DNA of 64,000 bases from Lama glama (taxonomy: Eukaryota): positions 37,016,001-37,080,000 of the forward strand of contig CM052817.1 of NCBI GenBank assembly GCA_028534125.1. Reading direction: 5' to 3'. The position numbers were made by a program, and so were the translations under genes. This document shows, piece after piece, positions 24,355 to 37,668 of the stretch. Each line of letters starts with the position of its first letter. Position 1 is the stretch's first letter. The notes beneath the pieces were generated by a model. The model did no database searches and was not told the origin of the DNA. It worked only from the letters and a program-made list of their open reading frames with translations.

Positions 24355-27300
24355 GACGTAAAAACTGGGTTACAGCCTGTATTTTTTCACTTAGCTCTTT
24401 GCTATGAAAATGTTTTTAGTTCTTACCTGGTTATAATTGGATCTGCAGCATGATTGGGGCCCCATCGCCCCAAAAGCCCACGGCCAGTCAGTCCTGTCCG
24501 TCCTGCAGGGTTTCTGGGGAGGAAAAAAACATAAAATCAATTAAATGTGTTCATCTTTTTTAACCCAATTTGATATGGCCCAAAACAAGGCAGTAAGAGC
24601 AGCAAGAGGGAAACGGTATCTCCACAAAAATCCAGTAGCACTATCACACATCTGGCACTGAAAGTACGTATTTCCTTATAGTGTTATTTAACTTTCCCTT
24701 TGTGCATCCCTTAAGCTTTGGGCTTGATCCAGGAGGGGGGAATCTCATTTTGAAAGCTGTTCTACAATATAAGAATTGGCTTCAGTTTTCACCTATACTT
24801 CAAAATTCAAACTAGAACCTTACTGGACTCTTAACTCTGGAGGATAAAATGTTCTGCACCTAATCATCATCTATCTCTACAACAGTGGTGCTTAATTACT
24901 CAGGATACCCACACTTGTCTTCACTTTCTCATCATCTTCACTTCCTGCTCCACTCCCCTTCAACCTGCCCCATCCAAATGGTTTTTGTTACATTTTAAAG
25001 TCCATTTTTTCTCAGCAGGTTCTAGATTTTTATTATCAATAACAAATATTTTGTAGCATACAGTGAGGTAAAAGTATCCAATATTTCAAGATTTGAAATA
25101 TACCAAAATACAATCTTTAAAGAAAACAATTATGTAAAAATGTCAACAAATTATTTTACCTAACGCCACAACCCAACATTAAAACATCTGTCAGATAAAC
25201 AAAAAAACAGTCATGCCTGAGTATTTTCTTCCAGTCAATACCCCTTGAATGTACACCTTTCATTATGTACCAGTAAAATGCCCTAATCTGCAATCTTATC
25301 TATTTAATATTATATCTTTTGTCCTCCCACTATGTGAAAGTAAATAAATAACTTGTCAAATTTTCCCTTTCAGCTATCTCTATTTATTCTAGTCTTCTCT
25401 GTGACTGTTATTAAAGTCAAATGAATTTTTATACTGTTTCATTCTAGACTTAGAAATATTCCAGCAAAATTTGCAAATAAAGACGGAAAGACAAGACACC
25501 TGGCCAGGTGACGTTAATTCTACCTTTCAAATTCAGGAGGAGAGGCAGGGTGGACAGCAACTATGTTTTATCCCATGTAACCATAGACCCCCAAACACAA
25601 ATGATCAAAGCCAATATTAAGAGAGAGAATGTTAGTTTTTATAGATGACCAAGCCTATAACTTATAAACTGGAAGCTGCAGAAAAGACATACAGACTATC
25701 CTATAGCCTGAGAAGCAGAGAAAATTGTTCACAGAAAAAGAAAAACAAAGGCAACACATAAGGAAAAGCAGGCATGAGCCAAAGAGACGGTCCTGATGGA
25801 TTTTCAATTCCACTCTTTCCTAGTTACCTGCACATCTGCTTTGGGCTCCTTGAGAAGATTCCGCAGCCCCAGAGTAAAGTTCACTCTTTGCTCAGGCAAG
25901 CCTGAGTTGGTTTCTATTGGTCAGAGTCTTGACTGAAACAACAGGCTACCCTGCCTTTATCTTTTTATATATGTATGTATCTTTTAATATATTTCACCCA
26001 GAAAAGAATCTAAGGAATGAGTCAAATGCAAGGAGAGCTTGATTTGAAAAGATTCAATAACACAGAAAGGTGAGTAAGTTACGAACACAGAATTTAGCAA
26101 AACTGAAAGTCCAGATTGGGGTGAGAGGAGTACTATTATTTCCTCACCCTAGAGGAACTAAGAATATAACTTGCAACATTTTTACAAGGTGATAAGCATG
26201 ATTACAAATCTGCGATCCTTTTTTTGTTTTATTTTAGACATGCTAATTTTTACATTTCTTCCTAACTTTTATAATGTCTTCTTAAGTAAAATGGAAAATT
26301 TTGGTGTTGTGTAGAAAAATCATTTTTAAAAATACAACAAGAAACTTGATATTAAATTGTTGGGTTACTTTAATTTTCACTCTTATGGATTTGGATAAAT
26401 TCTTACTCTAAAGTATTCTCTCATTTTATAAATAACTACTGAAATACAATTTTCAATCCTTTCTCTGTTAATTTATTCAATTACAGCTGACCCTTGAACA
26501 GCATTCCCATATAGACTTATGGTCAGTCGGTCCTCTGAACACTCTGTTCCTCTGCTGGGTCCACACAGTTTAAGCCAGTGTTGTTCAAGGGTCAACTGTA
26601 ATTATTTCTACCTTCAAGGTGAAGTTACAAGAAGATGCATTTAAATCCCGCTTCCACCACTTATTGTATGCAAAGTGCTTACATTTTCCCTCCTTTTCTG
26701 GAAATAGAACTAAAACTATCTATCCACAGGGTTATCGTGATGATTTAATTAGAGCACGTATATAAATTCTTTTGTAAAATGGCACACACAAGCACTTAAT
26801 AAATGTTAATTATATTGATGAAATAAAATTTATATTTTAAGGCAGGACAAGAAAATTTAAACATAAAATTCTCTGTCTGTCTGTCTGGGCCTCCTCCCTT
26901 CCTTCCTAATATGCAGGGTGCATCTGTATTACACATTAACCAGAGCTCCTCAAAGACAGGAGTGCTGCTCAACCATAAAGATCAATTTTTTTCCTTTCTT
27001 CTGACACTAGCAATTTAACTTCTTAAAAGAATGGCATTCTTTTCCAACTCTGATGGGAGTCATGGTGATTTGATGCTTGCTTTGTACATGTGTACTTAGA
27101 CTATGTATCTTTGGCAGACTTTATGTAAAATATCAGTATGTCAGTTTGATGCATGATCCTTTGTCTCAAAAACGTATATGACTGTGTCTTCAACTTATAC
27201 CATGTGGAACGGTTCTCAGACCTTTCTGAGAGTCTGTCTCCCAGGTCATAGTCCTCAGTTTGGCTCAAATAAAATTCCTTTTTTCTTCTTAACTTGATTG

Positions 27301-30300
27301 TTAATTGAATTTTTGTTGATGATATCTTCTACCTTTTGAAGACCCATATCGCAAGATGTTCCATTCCCAGTACCTACCTAGGTCTTCCATTTTGAATCTC
27401 ATACAGGCCATTCTGGCTTTTTCTCTCAATATGCCCATCCTTTTCATTAAACTTGGGAGAAAAGTTGCTTTCACTGTAATGAGAATACCAATGCAAAATA
27501 AGAAATAATGATCCAATATTACCACTAGCTTAATAATGGCAGTCAGTTATTTACAATGAGCAGTATTTTTGAAACTAAATTTTTAGTTACAAATTTAGTT
27601 TTTAATTACAAATCCATCTTACTTCTTCAAAACAGTTTCTGAAAAAAAACCTGTTAAACCAAAACACCTTACAATATAAGGATATATATTATAACCCCTC
27701 TGGGAAGGACTAATGGCAAACAAACTGGAGTTCCTCCCACATACTAAAAAAAAGTTTACATTAATATTAGTAAAGAGGAATTGTCTATGGTCACAAGGTG
27801 GCAATTACTAGTTCCTATGTAGTTCCAAAAATAAGATTCCTTCTGATATATTGATTTTTCTACTGTCTCACAATAATTTTAATTTCTTCAAATGTACACT
27901 GATAAAATCATCAAAGTAAACCCACAAAACAGTGAATTCATCCCACAAACTTTATAATAACTATCATGTAGATTAAAATAGATGTAATATGCTGGAAATG
28001 TTCTAATTCTTGATCTGGATGGTAGCTACTGAAATATAAAATCCAAGTACTACCACAAAGTTACAAACACATCTTGGATAAAGTAAGAAAACTGTTCGTA
28101 AAAATCAAGTTATAGCAGTAAGTCCGTGGTAAAGTTTAACAAACTAATGAACTAATACTGGATCTACCCAATTAGCAATATTTTTTATTTAACTGACTAA
28201 CTAATACCTTAAGAGAACTATCATTTACAATAAGTTTACCCATTAAATCAAACTTATAAAACAGTTCCAAAACTAGGTAGCAGTTAAGAGCATGAATTCT
28301 GGAGTCAGACTGAGTTCAAGTCCAAGCTATACCATCTACTAGCTCCGTTACCACATGCAAAGGGTAAATCTTTCCATGCCTCCATTTTCACATGTGTTTT
28401 CTCTAGAAAGCGGAAATAACAACCTTGCCTGCCTTCCAGAACAGTAGTAAGAGTAAAATAAAATAATTCTTATAAAACATTTAATAGAGTGCCTAGGTCA
28501 TAGTTGGTACATTTTAAAACTCTACCATGATATTAAAAGGAACATAAATATAAAATGTGAATCAAAGCAGCAGTTCTATGAATTTAGTCAAAGCATTTTT
28601 GTTTGAGTTTTTTGTTTTCCTCTTTCTCTTTCTCCTTTACCTATCCCTTTTCTATTCTTTCACATTGGTCTAATTTTATCATCATTTGGTAATCTGAAAA
28701 AAAAGTCTGAAAATTATTTTCACTACTTCAAGTACAAGTCTAGCTACATTGGAAAAGAACCACAAAAGGTGTTACTGATAATCCAAATAGAACACATGAA
28801 AACAGATACCACCACTTGCCATTTCACAAAACAAAAAACTCCACAGCAGAACAGATTTACCTATTTGGAAGGATCATCATAAAACCTCCAATAGAATAAA
28901 CAAACATGAATTCAACCAAATGTAGAAACTGAATCATAATAAACTCAAGCACTAGATAAAAATTATTTTCAGCTTTCAATTGGTCATTTACAAATACAAG
29001 CATTACCTTCTCTAAAAGTCTTAACACCCAGCTGACACTGGCTAATTTGCTCACCTGATCTGAGGATCTGCCCACCTAGGTCCAGCCAACACAGAGACTG
29101 CAGTATATTCCACAGGATTATAGTCTTGCCACTCAACCAGCCAGCCTACTTTCTCATTAGGAACCTGGCTGCGTTGAACTTTTGAACCTGGGTAAGGAGA
29201 TGTCCGAGCCTTGTTGTGAGAATTCTCTTTGGTACCATTAGAAACAGACATGATGTTGGAATTAAGATGAAACCCACAGGATAAAAATGAGTTTCTGGGA
29301 GGAAAAAAAGAAAAATGTTTAATATAAATATTAATTATTAATTAAAGAACTTAATTCAAAGGCCTCAAAACATACTTTTCAATTTCAAAGACTTAAAATC
29401 AGAAAATTCAAACCTGATGCATATTAGTATAAAAGTCCAACATCTGTGAGAGATTATTTTTAAATACGAAAGCTTTAAAAATATTGCTGAATCTTATTAA
29501 TTGGAAGCTACTTACTGAATTTATTTTAGTTGAGAAAAAGGGACAGAAGTTCACTTTTATTGGCACAAATGTTGGGGAAAAAGGTTTATTATAAAACTTT
29601 AACCATAAAAACAAATGTAAAGGAACACCAAGTCTATATGAAGGAATCCATTTTTAAAAACAGTTTGGCCTAAGTACACAAAGTAATGTAATATTACTTG
29701 AAGTCAGACTGTGATAAACATGTAAATTATAAGCTTTAAAGTAAAATACGAGGTATAGAGCTGAAATAACTGGATAGCATATACAAAAAAGCAAAAACAA
29801 AAAACTGAACCTTTACCTCATAGCATACACAAAAACTTTTCATGTCTCCTCTTGCCTAAAAACTTAAATGCCTTCTCATTATTCTTAAAATAAAGATTAA
29901 AATTCCTAATAACCCTAAATTAGGACATCTAAAGGAGAAAAGGGAATTCTGAGAACACAGCAGACTGATGACAGCCCCCTTCCCCTGCACTCACAATAAC
30001 AATTTGCCCTTCCTGAGACAAATGGTTGATGGGACAAACGCCAACTTGATGGGATGGTGAAATAAGTCAAATTTATGTGCCTCCTGATGTTATACACCGA
30101 GAAGTACACAAGTGATCATTCCTGAGGTATTCCTTACAAGAACATATAACCAGAGTTTACACATGAGGAAATACAGGACAGACCCACATTAAGGGATATC
30201 TTACAGAATAGAGGTCTGTACTCTTTAAATGGATAAGGTCATGAAACATAAAGTTAGAGGAACTCTTTCAGATAGAGGCATGAAAATTAGGTGCAATCAG

Positions 30301-33300
30301 TGATCCTGGATTGGCTACTGAACCATTTATTTAAAAAAAAGGTGGGGGGCAAATGATGAAATGTGAATAGGGTTGTATCTTTTAAGTTAACAGAAAATTA
30401 CTTACTCCCAACAAAGAAAAGTTTAGGAGCCGATGCTTTCACTGGTGAGCTCTATTTAACAGTCAAAGAATTAATACCAATTCTCCTCAAACTCTTCCAA
30501 AAAACTGAAAAGGATGGAATACTTCCCAATTCTTTCTAAGAAGCCACCATTATTACCTTGCTGTCAAAGCTAGACAAAGATGCTACCAGAAAACTAAAGG
30601 CCAATATCCCTGATGAATATCAATGCAAAAATCCTCAATAAAATATAGCAAATAGAATTCAACAGCGTATTAAAAGGATTATACAACATGATCAAATGGG
30701 ATTTATTCCTGAAATGCAAGAACAGTTCAACATACAAAAATGAAATAATGTAACACACTACATTAACAGAATGAAGGGAAAAAAGCATTTGATCATCTTA
30801 GTTGATGCAGAAAAAGGTTTGCCAAAATTCAACACCACTCTCATGCTCTGGGACCCAGGGCAGAAGCAATATTTTGAAAAGAGCCCACTTGTTCATCTTG
30901 GAGAGCCTCCTGGAGAGGCAGAAGGCATGAAGGACTCACCCTGGGGACACAGTCACTGGTGACAGTCTTTTTGACAGCTCTTTCTACCACAAAAACACCA
31001 GTGCTTGCAAGTGCCATTTTGGAATCCTTCCTCCGGCTTATTAGCATCTGGACCTGGACCCACTCAGAAGACTGTCAGTAAAAATACTGGGATGCCATAG
31101 GCCAAGCAGCTAGCTAGGTGGGGACACAGCCCTATCCATCAGTAGGCCAGCAGCCTGAAGATGCCCTAAATCCACAACTAGCCTGGGACCAGCTCTGCCC
31201 ACCAGAGGGTCCAGAACTCAGCCTTGCACACCAGTGGGTGGGCACCAGCCATAGGATCCCCTGGGCCCCAGCTCCGCCCACCAGCAGGTTGACAGTAGAT
31301 CAGGGACCCCAGCCCCACAACCATCCAACCCAGAACCCATCTCTACCCACCAGTGGGCCAGCACTAGCTCCAGGATCCCCCAGGGCTCTGCAACCAGCTG
31401 CCATGCGGCTTGGCTCTGCCTGACCAGTTTTTATTAAAGGTAAGTCTTGGTGTTGTACATTCTACTGGTTTGGACAACTGTATATTGGCATGCACCCATC
31501 ATTACAGCATCATACAGAGTAGTTTCACTATACTAGAAATCTTCTGAGCACCACTAGTTCATCCCTACCTGCCCTACCACCACCACCAACCTCTGGCAGC
31601 CATGAACAGTTTTAATGTCTCCATCATTTTGCCTTTTCCAAAATGTGTGACTGATTTTACTGAAATCAGTAGATTCATTCATTATTTTCAGGTTATAATG
31701 GCTTTTGCTTGCTTACACTGCCACAGTTTTGGAAATCCAAATCATGAATACTCAAAATAATACCTTCCTTACCCACCCTAGGCCCATACTCAATAAAAAT
31801 GAATAGATTTAGGACACATGTATTTATCAAAAGTAGCAAATATATTTCAGGTACCTGTGTGTAAAAAAAAACAAAATTTTGCATATGGAGCCCTAGTCTC
31901 TAACTGAATTCTATTTTAAAGTTAGCGTTATTTTTCATAGTTTGGGAGTAGGGTAAGAAAAAAGTCAAAGGTATTAATGAGGCGGGAGGGTATAGCTCAG
32001 TGCTTGTGTGCTTACTTAGCACACACGAGGTCCTGGGTTCAATCCCCAGTACCTCTGTGAAAAAAAAAAATAATAATAATAAACCTAATTACCACCCCCA
32101 CAAAAAAAAAAACTAAAAAAAAAAAAGGTATTAATGAGATGCCCAACAGGAAACACTTATCCTGTTCCATTCTATCCCAACCAAATACCAAAAATATTTT
32201 TTAAGTCTGAGGCTCTTTGATTTCTGATTTAGCAATAATAAACATGCGGAATTTCACAAATCTGCTATCCATCTGACAAAAGAAACTTACACACTTGATT
32301 TACTTTCCCAAATTTAATTTTGCAAGAAAACAGCAAAAATTCAGACTATGTATTTTTACCACACTAAGAAGTGCTAATATTGCTATTCATATCTGCTATT
32401 TAAATGTGATACATCAAAAGGAATCAGAACAAAAATATATGTAATGTACAGCCTAGGTTATTTTATGGCATTACTAAATATATTTAGTCAAGCAAGTGGG
32501 AACTAAGTAGCTGATAAAATTCATTTTAGAAAGCAAAAACCAGTTCCTAAAAGTCAAACTTAAAGAAACACAATACTGACATGGTGTTTTGAAATAAAAC
32601 ATATTTGCAATAATACTAAAAGCCATAATAGCTAAATGTATATATTAGTGTATGCTGTGTGCAAGGCACTGCTCTTGTACTGTAACATATTAATTCATTT
32701 GATCCTTGCAACTCTAAGGTTAGTTACTATGATCCCTACTTTAGAAATAAGACCACTAAGGCTGAGAGAGGCTAAATAGTTTACCACGGTCACACAACTG
32801 ATAGCCGAATCAGGATCCAATCCTAGGCAAACTGGGTCCATATTTCAGGCTCTTAAGATTATGCTATACTATCCTAACTTCATTTTTAGCTCACACATAT
32901 GTTTACATGTATTTACAGAAATAAAACATATACCATTCTCCACACATGTTGCTGACAGATTCCGTTGGAAAATATGGAAACACTCATTACATTTTTATAT
33001 ACTAACCATTTTTTTTCTAGAAAATAGTCATTTACAACTTTCTAGTCAAATCGCAAGCCAACTGCAAAACTGTGACTTTCCAGTTTCGCACAAATTATCA
33101 AAGTGTAGTAAAATTTCTTTTTTTTTTAAATTGAATAATAATCAGTTTACAATGCATCAATTATTTCTGGTGTATAGAATGTTTTAGTCATACACATACA
33201 TACATATATTTATTTTCGTATTTTTTTATTATAGGTTATAAGATACTAAATATAGTTCTCTGTGCAAGAAACCTGTTTATCTATTTTATATATACTAGTT

Positions 33301-36300
33301 AATATTAGCAAATCTTGAGCTCCCAGTTTATCCCTTCTCACCTCCTTTCCTGGACCCTGTAACCATAATACATTTACTATGTCTGGGAATTTGTTTCTGT
33401 TTTGTAGATAAGTTCATTAGTGTCTTCTTTTTTCTCTTTTTAGAGTCCATATATGAGTGATATCATATGGTATTTTTCTTTCTCTTTCTGGCTTACTTCA
33501 CTTAGGATGATGATCTCCAGGTCCATCCATGTTGCTGCAAATGGCATTATTCTTTTTTATGGCTGAGTAGTACTCCATTGTATAAATATACCACAGCTTC
33601 TTTATCCAGTCATCTGTTGATGGACATTTAGGTTGTTTCCATGATGTGGCTATTGTAAATAATGCTGTTATGAACATTACGGTGCATGTATTTTTTCGAA
33701 TTAGAGTTCCCTCTGGATATACGCCCAGGAGTGGAACTGCTAGATCATGTGATAAGTCTATTTTTAGTTTTTTGAGGAATCTCCATACTGTTTTCCATAA
33801 TGGCTGCACCAAACTGCATTCCCACCAACAGTGTAGGAGGGCTCTCTTTTCTAAGTGTGGTAAAATTCTTGATGATAAATTTCTTCTGTCTTTTCCAGGA
33901 TGCTTTGTAATATAATATACCAGACACTCAGCACAGACTTGTTGGCTTAACTTTTGGCTTTTTCTTTCATGCCAGTAAGCAGTCACTGGTTTTAGATATA
34001 TCCCACTTCACGTAGGGTCCCCAGCATTCTAAAAATGAAGAATAATTGCTAAGCAGTATTCCATTGTTCTAGTGGTATCTATCAGAAATAGCACTAGTGA
34101 CTTCAGAGAGTTTAGATGTTTATTTCTTCCCTTCCCAATTTCACTGAAAAGAGATAAAGATGTATAAAAGGCAACAAAATCCACAGCAGAAGAGAGAATA
34201 GGATACCACCAGTGAAGGAGATTTTAACCAATTTCAGGAAGATAAAAAGTAGATGGAATCATATTGACCTACAAACCAAAGTAGAACACATTATATTTGA
34301 GAATACACACAAAAAGGTGAAGGAGAGATGCCCTTCCTACAAGAGGAGGCCTGAAAGATTTCAAGCTTGAAATAAGTGGGCCCAAATGTCAAGTAGGCAG
34401 TGTAACAGTAACAACGGAAATCAGTCCTCCTCCCTCCCTATCCTTCAAATGAGAAGCCAGCGTTAGCTGTCTGCCCCTAGGATAAAAACCAAAATTTAAA
34501 GAAAATGAAGGACTAGAACCTCTATTGGGAATGTTGGTATTGAAGAACACAGTAGAAACTTAGGCTTAATATCTCTACAATTCACAATGAGGAGGTAACA
34601 GTCAACGCAGCTATGCCCAACAGAGAAGTTGCTCCAGTGTAAAGCCTGGAAGGAAAGGGGAAGAGGGACGTTCCCAGTCTGTCCACCTGGTACCAGCCCA
34701 CACATCCCCAACTGAAACCTTCCAGTCTAGGTGTACTGGCAGAAGGAGCCAATATTCAAGTAGTCCTCCAATTTAGAGAAAATAATACCTACATTAATCA
34801 AAATATAAATAATGGGCATTTACCAGATGTTTGGAAAAAAAAGGAAAAAGGACCAAAAAGGAACAGAACCACTGACCTAAAATAGTCAATTCAAAAAGTA
34901 AAAGATAATTTTTTATTCTAATTATCATTTTCATAGATTCAAAAGACATTTTATATCCATAAAATAAGAAAACACTGCTATAAAAGAGAGCAATTCGGGA
35001 AAAAATGTTGTCAATATATATGTAAGTTGAGGGGAGGTATACCTCAGTTGTAGAGTGTATGTTTAGCATGCACAAGGTCCTGGGTTCAATCCCCAGTATC
35101 ATTAAAAATGTGTGTGTGTGTGTGTGTGTGTGTAAGTTAGAAAACATAATAAAATCAATCCCTGGGAATTTACCATCCAACCTAAGAACTTTGCATTCTT
35201 GATCACATTCTTGTGATAAAAAAAAAAAAAAGACAACAGGTAACAAGTGTTGGAGAGGATGTGGAGAAAAGGGAACTCCATGTACTGTTGGTGGGAATGT
35301 AAGCTGGTACAGACACCACAGAAAACAAAAAATTAAGAGAACTACCATTCAATCCAGCAACTCCACTCCTGGGTATTTATCTGAAGAAAACAATAACACT
35401 AATTCCGAAAGATATATGCAGCCCTATGTTCACTGCAGCATTATTTACAATAGCCATGAAATGGAAGCAACCTAAGTGCCCATTTATAGGTGAATGAATA
35501 AAGATGTGGTATATATATATACAATGGAATATTACTCAGCCATAAAAAGAATGAAATCTTACCATTTGCAACAACATGGATGGACCTAGAGGGAATTATG
35601 CTAAGCAAAATAAATCAGACAGAGAAAGGCAAACATTCTATGATTTCATTTATATGTGGAATCTAAACAAACAAATGAACAAACATACTAAACAAAAACA
35701 AAGTCATAGATACAGAGAACAAATAGGTATTTACCAAAGGGGTGGGGGGTAGGTGGGAGGAGAGAAATAGATGAGGGAGCTGGAGCTACAAACTTAGTTA
35801 CAAAAGGAAGGTATGCCTCAGTGGTGGAGAGTGTGCCTAGCATGCACGAGATCCTAAACTCAATCCCCAGTACTTCCATTAAAAAAAAAAAAACTAATTA
35901 CCAACTGCCCTACCCCCAAAAAAGAGAAAAAACTTTCAGTTACAAACTAAATGGGTCACATGTGTGAAATGTACAGTGTGGAAAATATAGAGATGAATTA
36001 AAGTTATCAAAACCCCCAAATACTTTAATCCAGTTTTGGTTAAAATTTAAAGGAAACTATAAGTGATAAGTTGTGACAGAAATCTTTGAGGGATAGAAGC
36101 TGTCAACGTAACTGCTTTTGTGAACACCTCTGTGATCATATATTATGTATTATCTTTATATGGTGACAGACAGCAACTAGAGTTATTTATCATGGTGGTC
36201 ATTTTGAAATGTATAGAAATATCAAATCATTATGGTGTATACCAAGAACTAACAAAGTGTTGTAGATCCTTTATACTTCAAAAACAAACTCATAGAAAAA

Positions 36301-37668
36301 GAGAACAGATTCATGGTTACCAGAGAGGCAGGGGTTGGGGAGGGAAAACTGGATGAAGATGGCCAAAAGGTACAAACTTCCAGTTAGAAGACAAATAAGT
36401 ACTAGGGATATAGTATATTACACAATAAATATAATTATCACTGCTGTATGTTACATATGAAAGTTGTTAAGAGAGTAAATCCTAAGAGTTCTCATCATAA
36501 GGGAAAAATTTTTGTTCTGTATCTTTAATTTTGTATCTGTATGAGATGAAGGCTGTTCACTAAACTTACTGCAGTAATCATTTCATGATGTATATAAGTC
36601 AAATTATTATCCTTCCACTCAAGCAGTGCTGTACGTCAACTATATCTCAGTAAAACTGAATAAATAAGAAAAGATTACTGTCAAATACAGAAGAGATGAC
36701 TAATGGACTGCACAGTACTGAAGTCTGAATTGGTAGTCTGGAAGATAAATTTGAGGACAATCTCTAAGAACATCGTACAAAAAGACAAACCAATAGAAAA
36801 TGAGAGAAAAAGAGAAACAGAGGCTTTAGCCAGAAGGTCCAGGGGGAAAAAGGACAGGACAAGAGAAAAATGGGGGGGGGGGCAAATAGAAGAAAATGTC
36901 CTTGCGTCTAAAGTAAACATGACATACCAAGCAAAAAGCACTAAAAAAAAAAAAACCCACTCCTAGAAGCAGCCTCTTAATATTTATTACTCTGTGCCTA
37001 GAGTGGTACCTAGGACACTGTGGTTAGAAACCTGAAGGAGGGAGGAATAAAAGAAGGCTGTGTAAGATACTGTAAATCCCTAAATTTATACAAGGCAAAT
37101 TTAAAAAGGTAAATAATATATATATATATTATCTACACAGAAATGTATAAGTACAGGAGAGGAATGACGGCTTATATTTTTAATTTTACACCATTTATAC
37201 TGTTCACATCTTTAAACTTCGTGCGTGTACTAATTTTAATAATAATGTTTTAAGTATTAAACAAAAGAAAATACATGGCAAGGGACAACACCACACCCAA
37301 ACAAGAGCTATTTAAACCCTCTAGGGGGCAATAATGTTGTGTGTTAGTGAGTCATGGAGGATGGCAAATTTCAATACCATAAGAAAAGTCACTACCACTT
37401 GCTTTTCTTAAAAGGCACAGAAAACATTTTAGAGCCTTTTAAAAACGCATACATGGCTGTAAAACTCCAGGAAGCAGGCAAAGCCTACTGAATCCACAAA
37501 CTGGTTCCCACCCGCAACCCAAGGAGTTGGGAGGAGCCGCTAGCACTGGAAGAGAAAATACCTGCACGCCGGGATGCTGCAACTGCCCGAGGACTTGACA
37601 GTCACAGAGGCCAAGGCCACAGAGAGAGACACGGTGGCTAAAGTCGTTCCCAGGACGCGTCCGGCCAT
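11154..37668 (-). CDS. NUDT9: ADP-ribose pyrophosphatase, mitochondrial (Nudix hydrolase 9), 350 aa; complement join(37562-37668,29055-29294,27378-27473,24427-24513,19301-19412,16284-16430,15068-15152,11154-11332)
   Basis: Exons of 107+240+96+87+112+147+85+179 = 1053 nt, all GT-AG, with an open frame. Contains [33 protein letters not shown], Nudix-box region [22 protein letters not shown] and [12 protein letters not shown]. Confidence 0.98.
11927..12097 (+). mobile_element. tRNA-Ala-derived camelid SINE with 15-bp TSD
   Basis: TSD aaaaagcaaatgttc at 11912-11926 and 12098-12112. Confidence 0.92.
12960..13980 (+). mobile_element. Old L1 5'-region fragment (L1M-like)
   Basis: Resembles recalled L1M 5'UTR/ORF1-proximal sequence (cagtctgaagagacaaagcaagcatcagaatcagactcag); boundaries approximate. 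Confidence 0.55.
15068..15152 (-). CDS. NUDT9: NUDT9 exon 7
   Basis: 85 nt; [28 protein letters not shown]; donor cag|gtaatt. Confidence 0.97.
16284..16430 (-). CDS. NUDT9: NUDT9 exon 6 (Nudix box)
   Basis: 147 nt; [49 protein letters not shown]; donor gtg|gtaaga. Confidence 0.97.
16760..17195 (+). mobile_element. L2 3' end fragment
   Basis: L2a-like 3' end (gtctcccccactggagtgtgagc...gacagggatg...gatgaatga). Confidence 0.65.
17946..19119 (-). mobile_element. 5'-truncated L1 (ORF2 C-terminus and 3'UTR) in NUDT9 intron 5
   Basis: ORF-track peptides [15 protein letters not shown]...[11 protein letters not shown] and [16 protein letters not shown] are L1 ORF2; TSD cctacatttgt at 17935-17945 and 19120-19130. 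Confidence 0.92.
19301..19412 (-). CDS. NUDT9: NUDT9 exon 5
   Basis: 112 nt; [37 protein letters not shown]; donor ggg|gtaagc. Confidence 0.97.
20400..20760 (-). mobile_element. L2 fragment
   Basis: L2-like gcaagactggaggcaagaaaaccaggtagaagactgttaccatgatccagg. Confidence 0.6.
20820..21050 (-). mobile_element. L1 3' end stub
   Basis: Same 3'UTR family as the 17946-19119 element (tacaatgttgtgttagtttc...gtacagc). Confidence 0.8.
21070..21300 (-). mobile_element. MIR
   Basis: attttacagatgtggaaaatgagacac...aacttgcccaaggttgcagagc. Confidence 0.75.
24145..24283. mobile_element. Tigger-family MITE (MER2-like)
   Basis: TA|CAGTC...GACTG|TA termini with TA TSD. Confidence 0.7.
24317..24348. repeat. 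(TG)n microsatellite
   Basis: Perfect TG run ~80 nt from the NUDT9 exon 4 donor. Confidence 0.95.
24427..24513 (-). CDS. NUDT9: NUDT9 exon 4
   Basis: 87 nt; [28 protein letters not shown]; donor cag|gtaaga. Confidence 0.97.
26484..26598. mobile_element. Tigger2-like MITE
   Basis: 17-bp TIRs cagctgacccttgaaca / tgttcaagggtcaactg (1 mismatch), flanked by TA. Confidence 0.85.
26816..27321 (+). mobile_element. ERV1-class solo LTR in NUDT9 intron 3
   Basis: 4-bp TSD ATAT (26812-26815, 27322-27325); AATAAA at 27268-27273; reverse-complement similarity to 38621-39108. Confidence 0.75.
27378..27473 (-). CDS. NUDT9: NUDT9 exon 3
   Basis: 96 nt; [31 protein letters not shown]; donor tag|gtaggt. Confidence 0.96.
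28280..28530 (+). mobile_element. MIR
   Basis: agcagttaagagcatgaattctggagtcagactgagttcaagtcc. Confidence 0.7.
29055..29294 (-). CDS. NUDT9: NUDT9 exon 2
   Basis: Acceptor ttcctcccag|, donor cag|gtgagc; encodes [37 protein letters not shown]...WADPQI. Confidence 0.97.
30390..30840 (+). mobile_element. L1 ORF2 (RT region) fragment
   Basis: Degenerate [15 protein letters not shown]...HDQMGFIP...LVDAEK; followed by a GC-richer, L1-5'UTR-like segment to ~31430. Confidence 0.85.
31982..32123 (+). mobile_element. tRNA-Ala-derived camelid SINE with 15-bp TSD
   Basis: TSD aaaggtattaatgag at 31967-31981 and 32124-32138. Confidence 0.92.
33116..33852 (-). mobile_element. 5'-truncated L1
   Basis: ORF2 C-terminus [28 protein letters not shown] aagtgt(a/g)gtaaaatt at 33101-33115 and 33853-33867. 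Confidence 0.9.
35029..35130 (+). mobile_element. Camelid SINE with (TG)n tail
   Basis: tRNA-Ala-like body followed by a TG repeat; flanking duplication tgtaagtt. Confidence 0.85.
35231..36665 (+). mobile_element. L1 3' portion with a nested SINE at ~35804-35927
   Basis: ORF2 3' end (ggagaggatgtggagaaaagggaactc...acatggatggacctagag) and 3'UTR; SINE body inserted. Confidence 0.8.

Noticed and set aside
31982..32056. Apparent tRNA-Ala genes (this and the other copies)
   Set aside because: Mutated stems, A-rich tails and TSDs identify them as SINEs rather than functional tRNAs.
34794..35348. 184-aa ORF, the longest in the window
   Set aside because: Runs antisense through an L1, a (CA)n repeat and a SINE; no coding signature.
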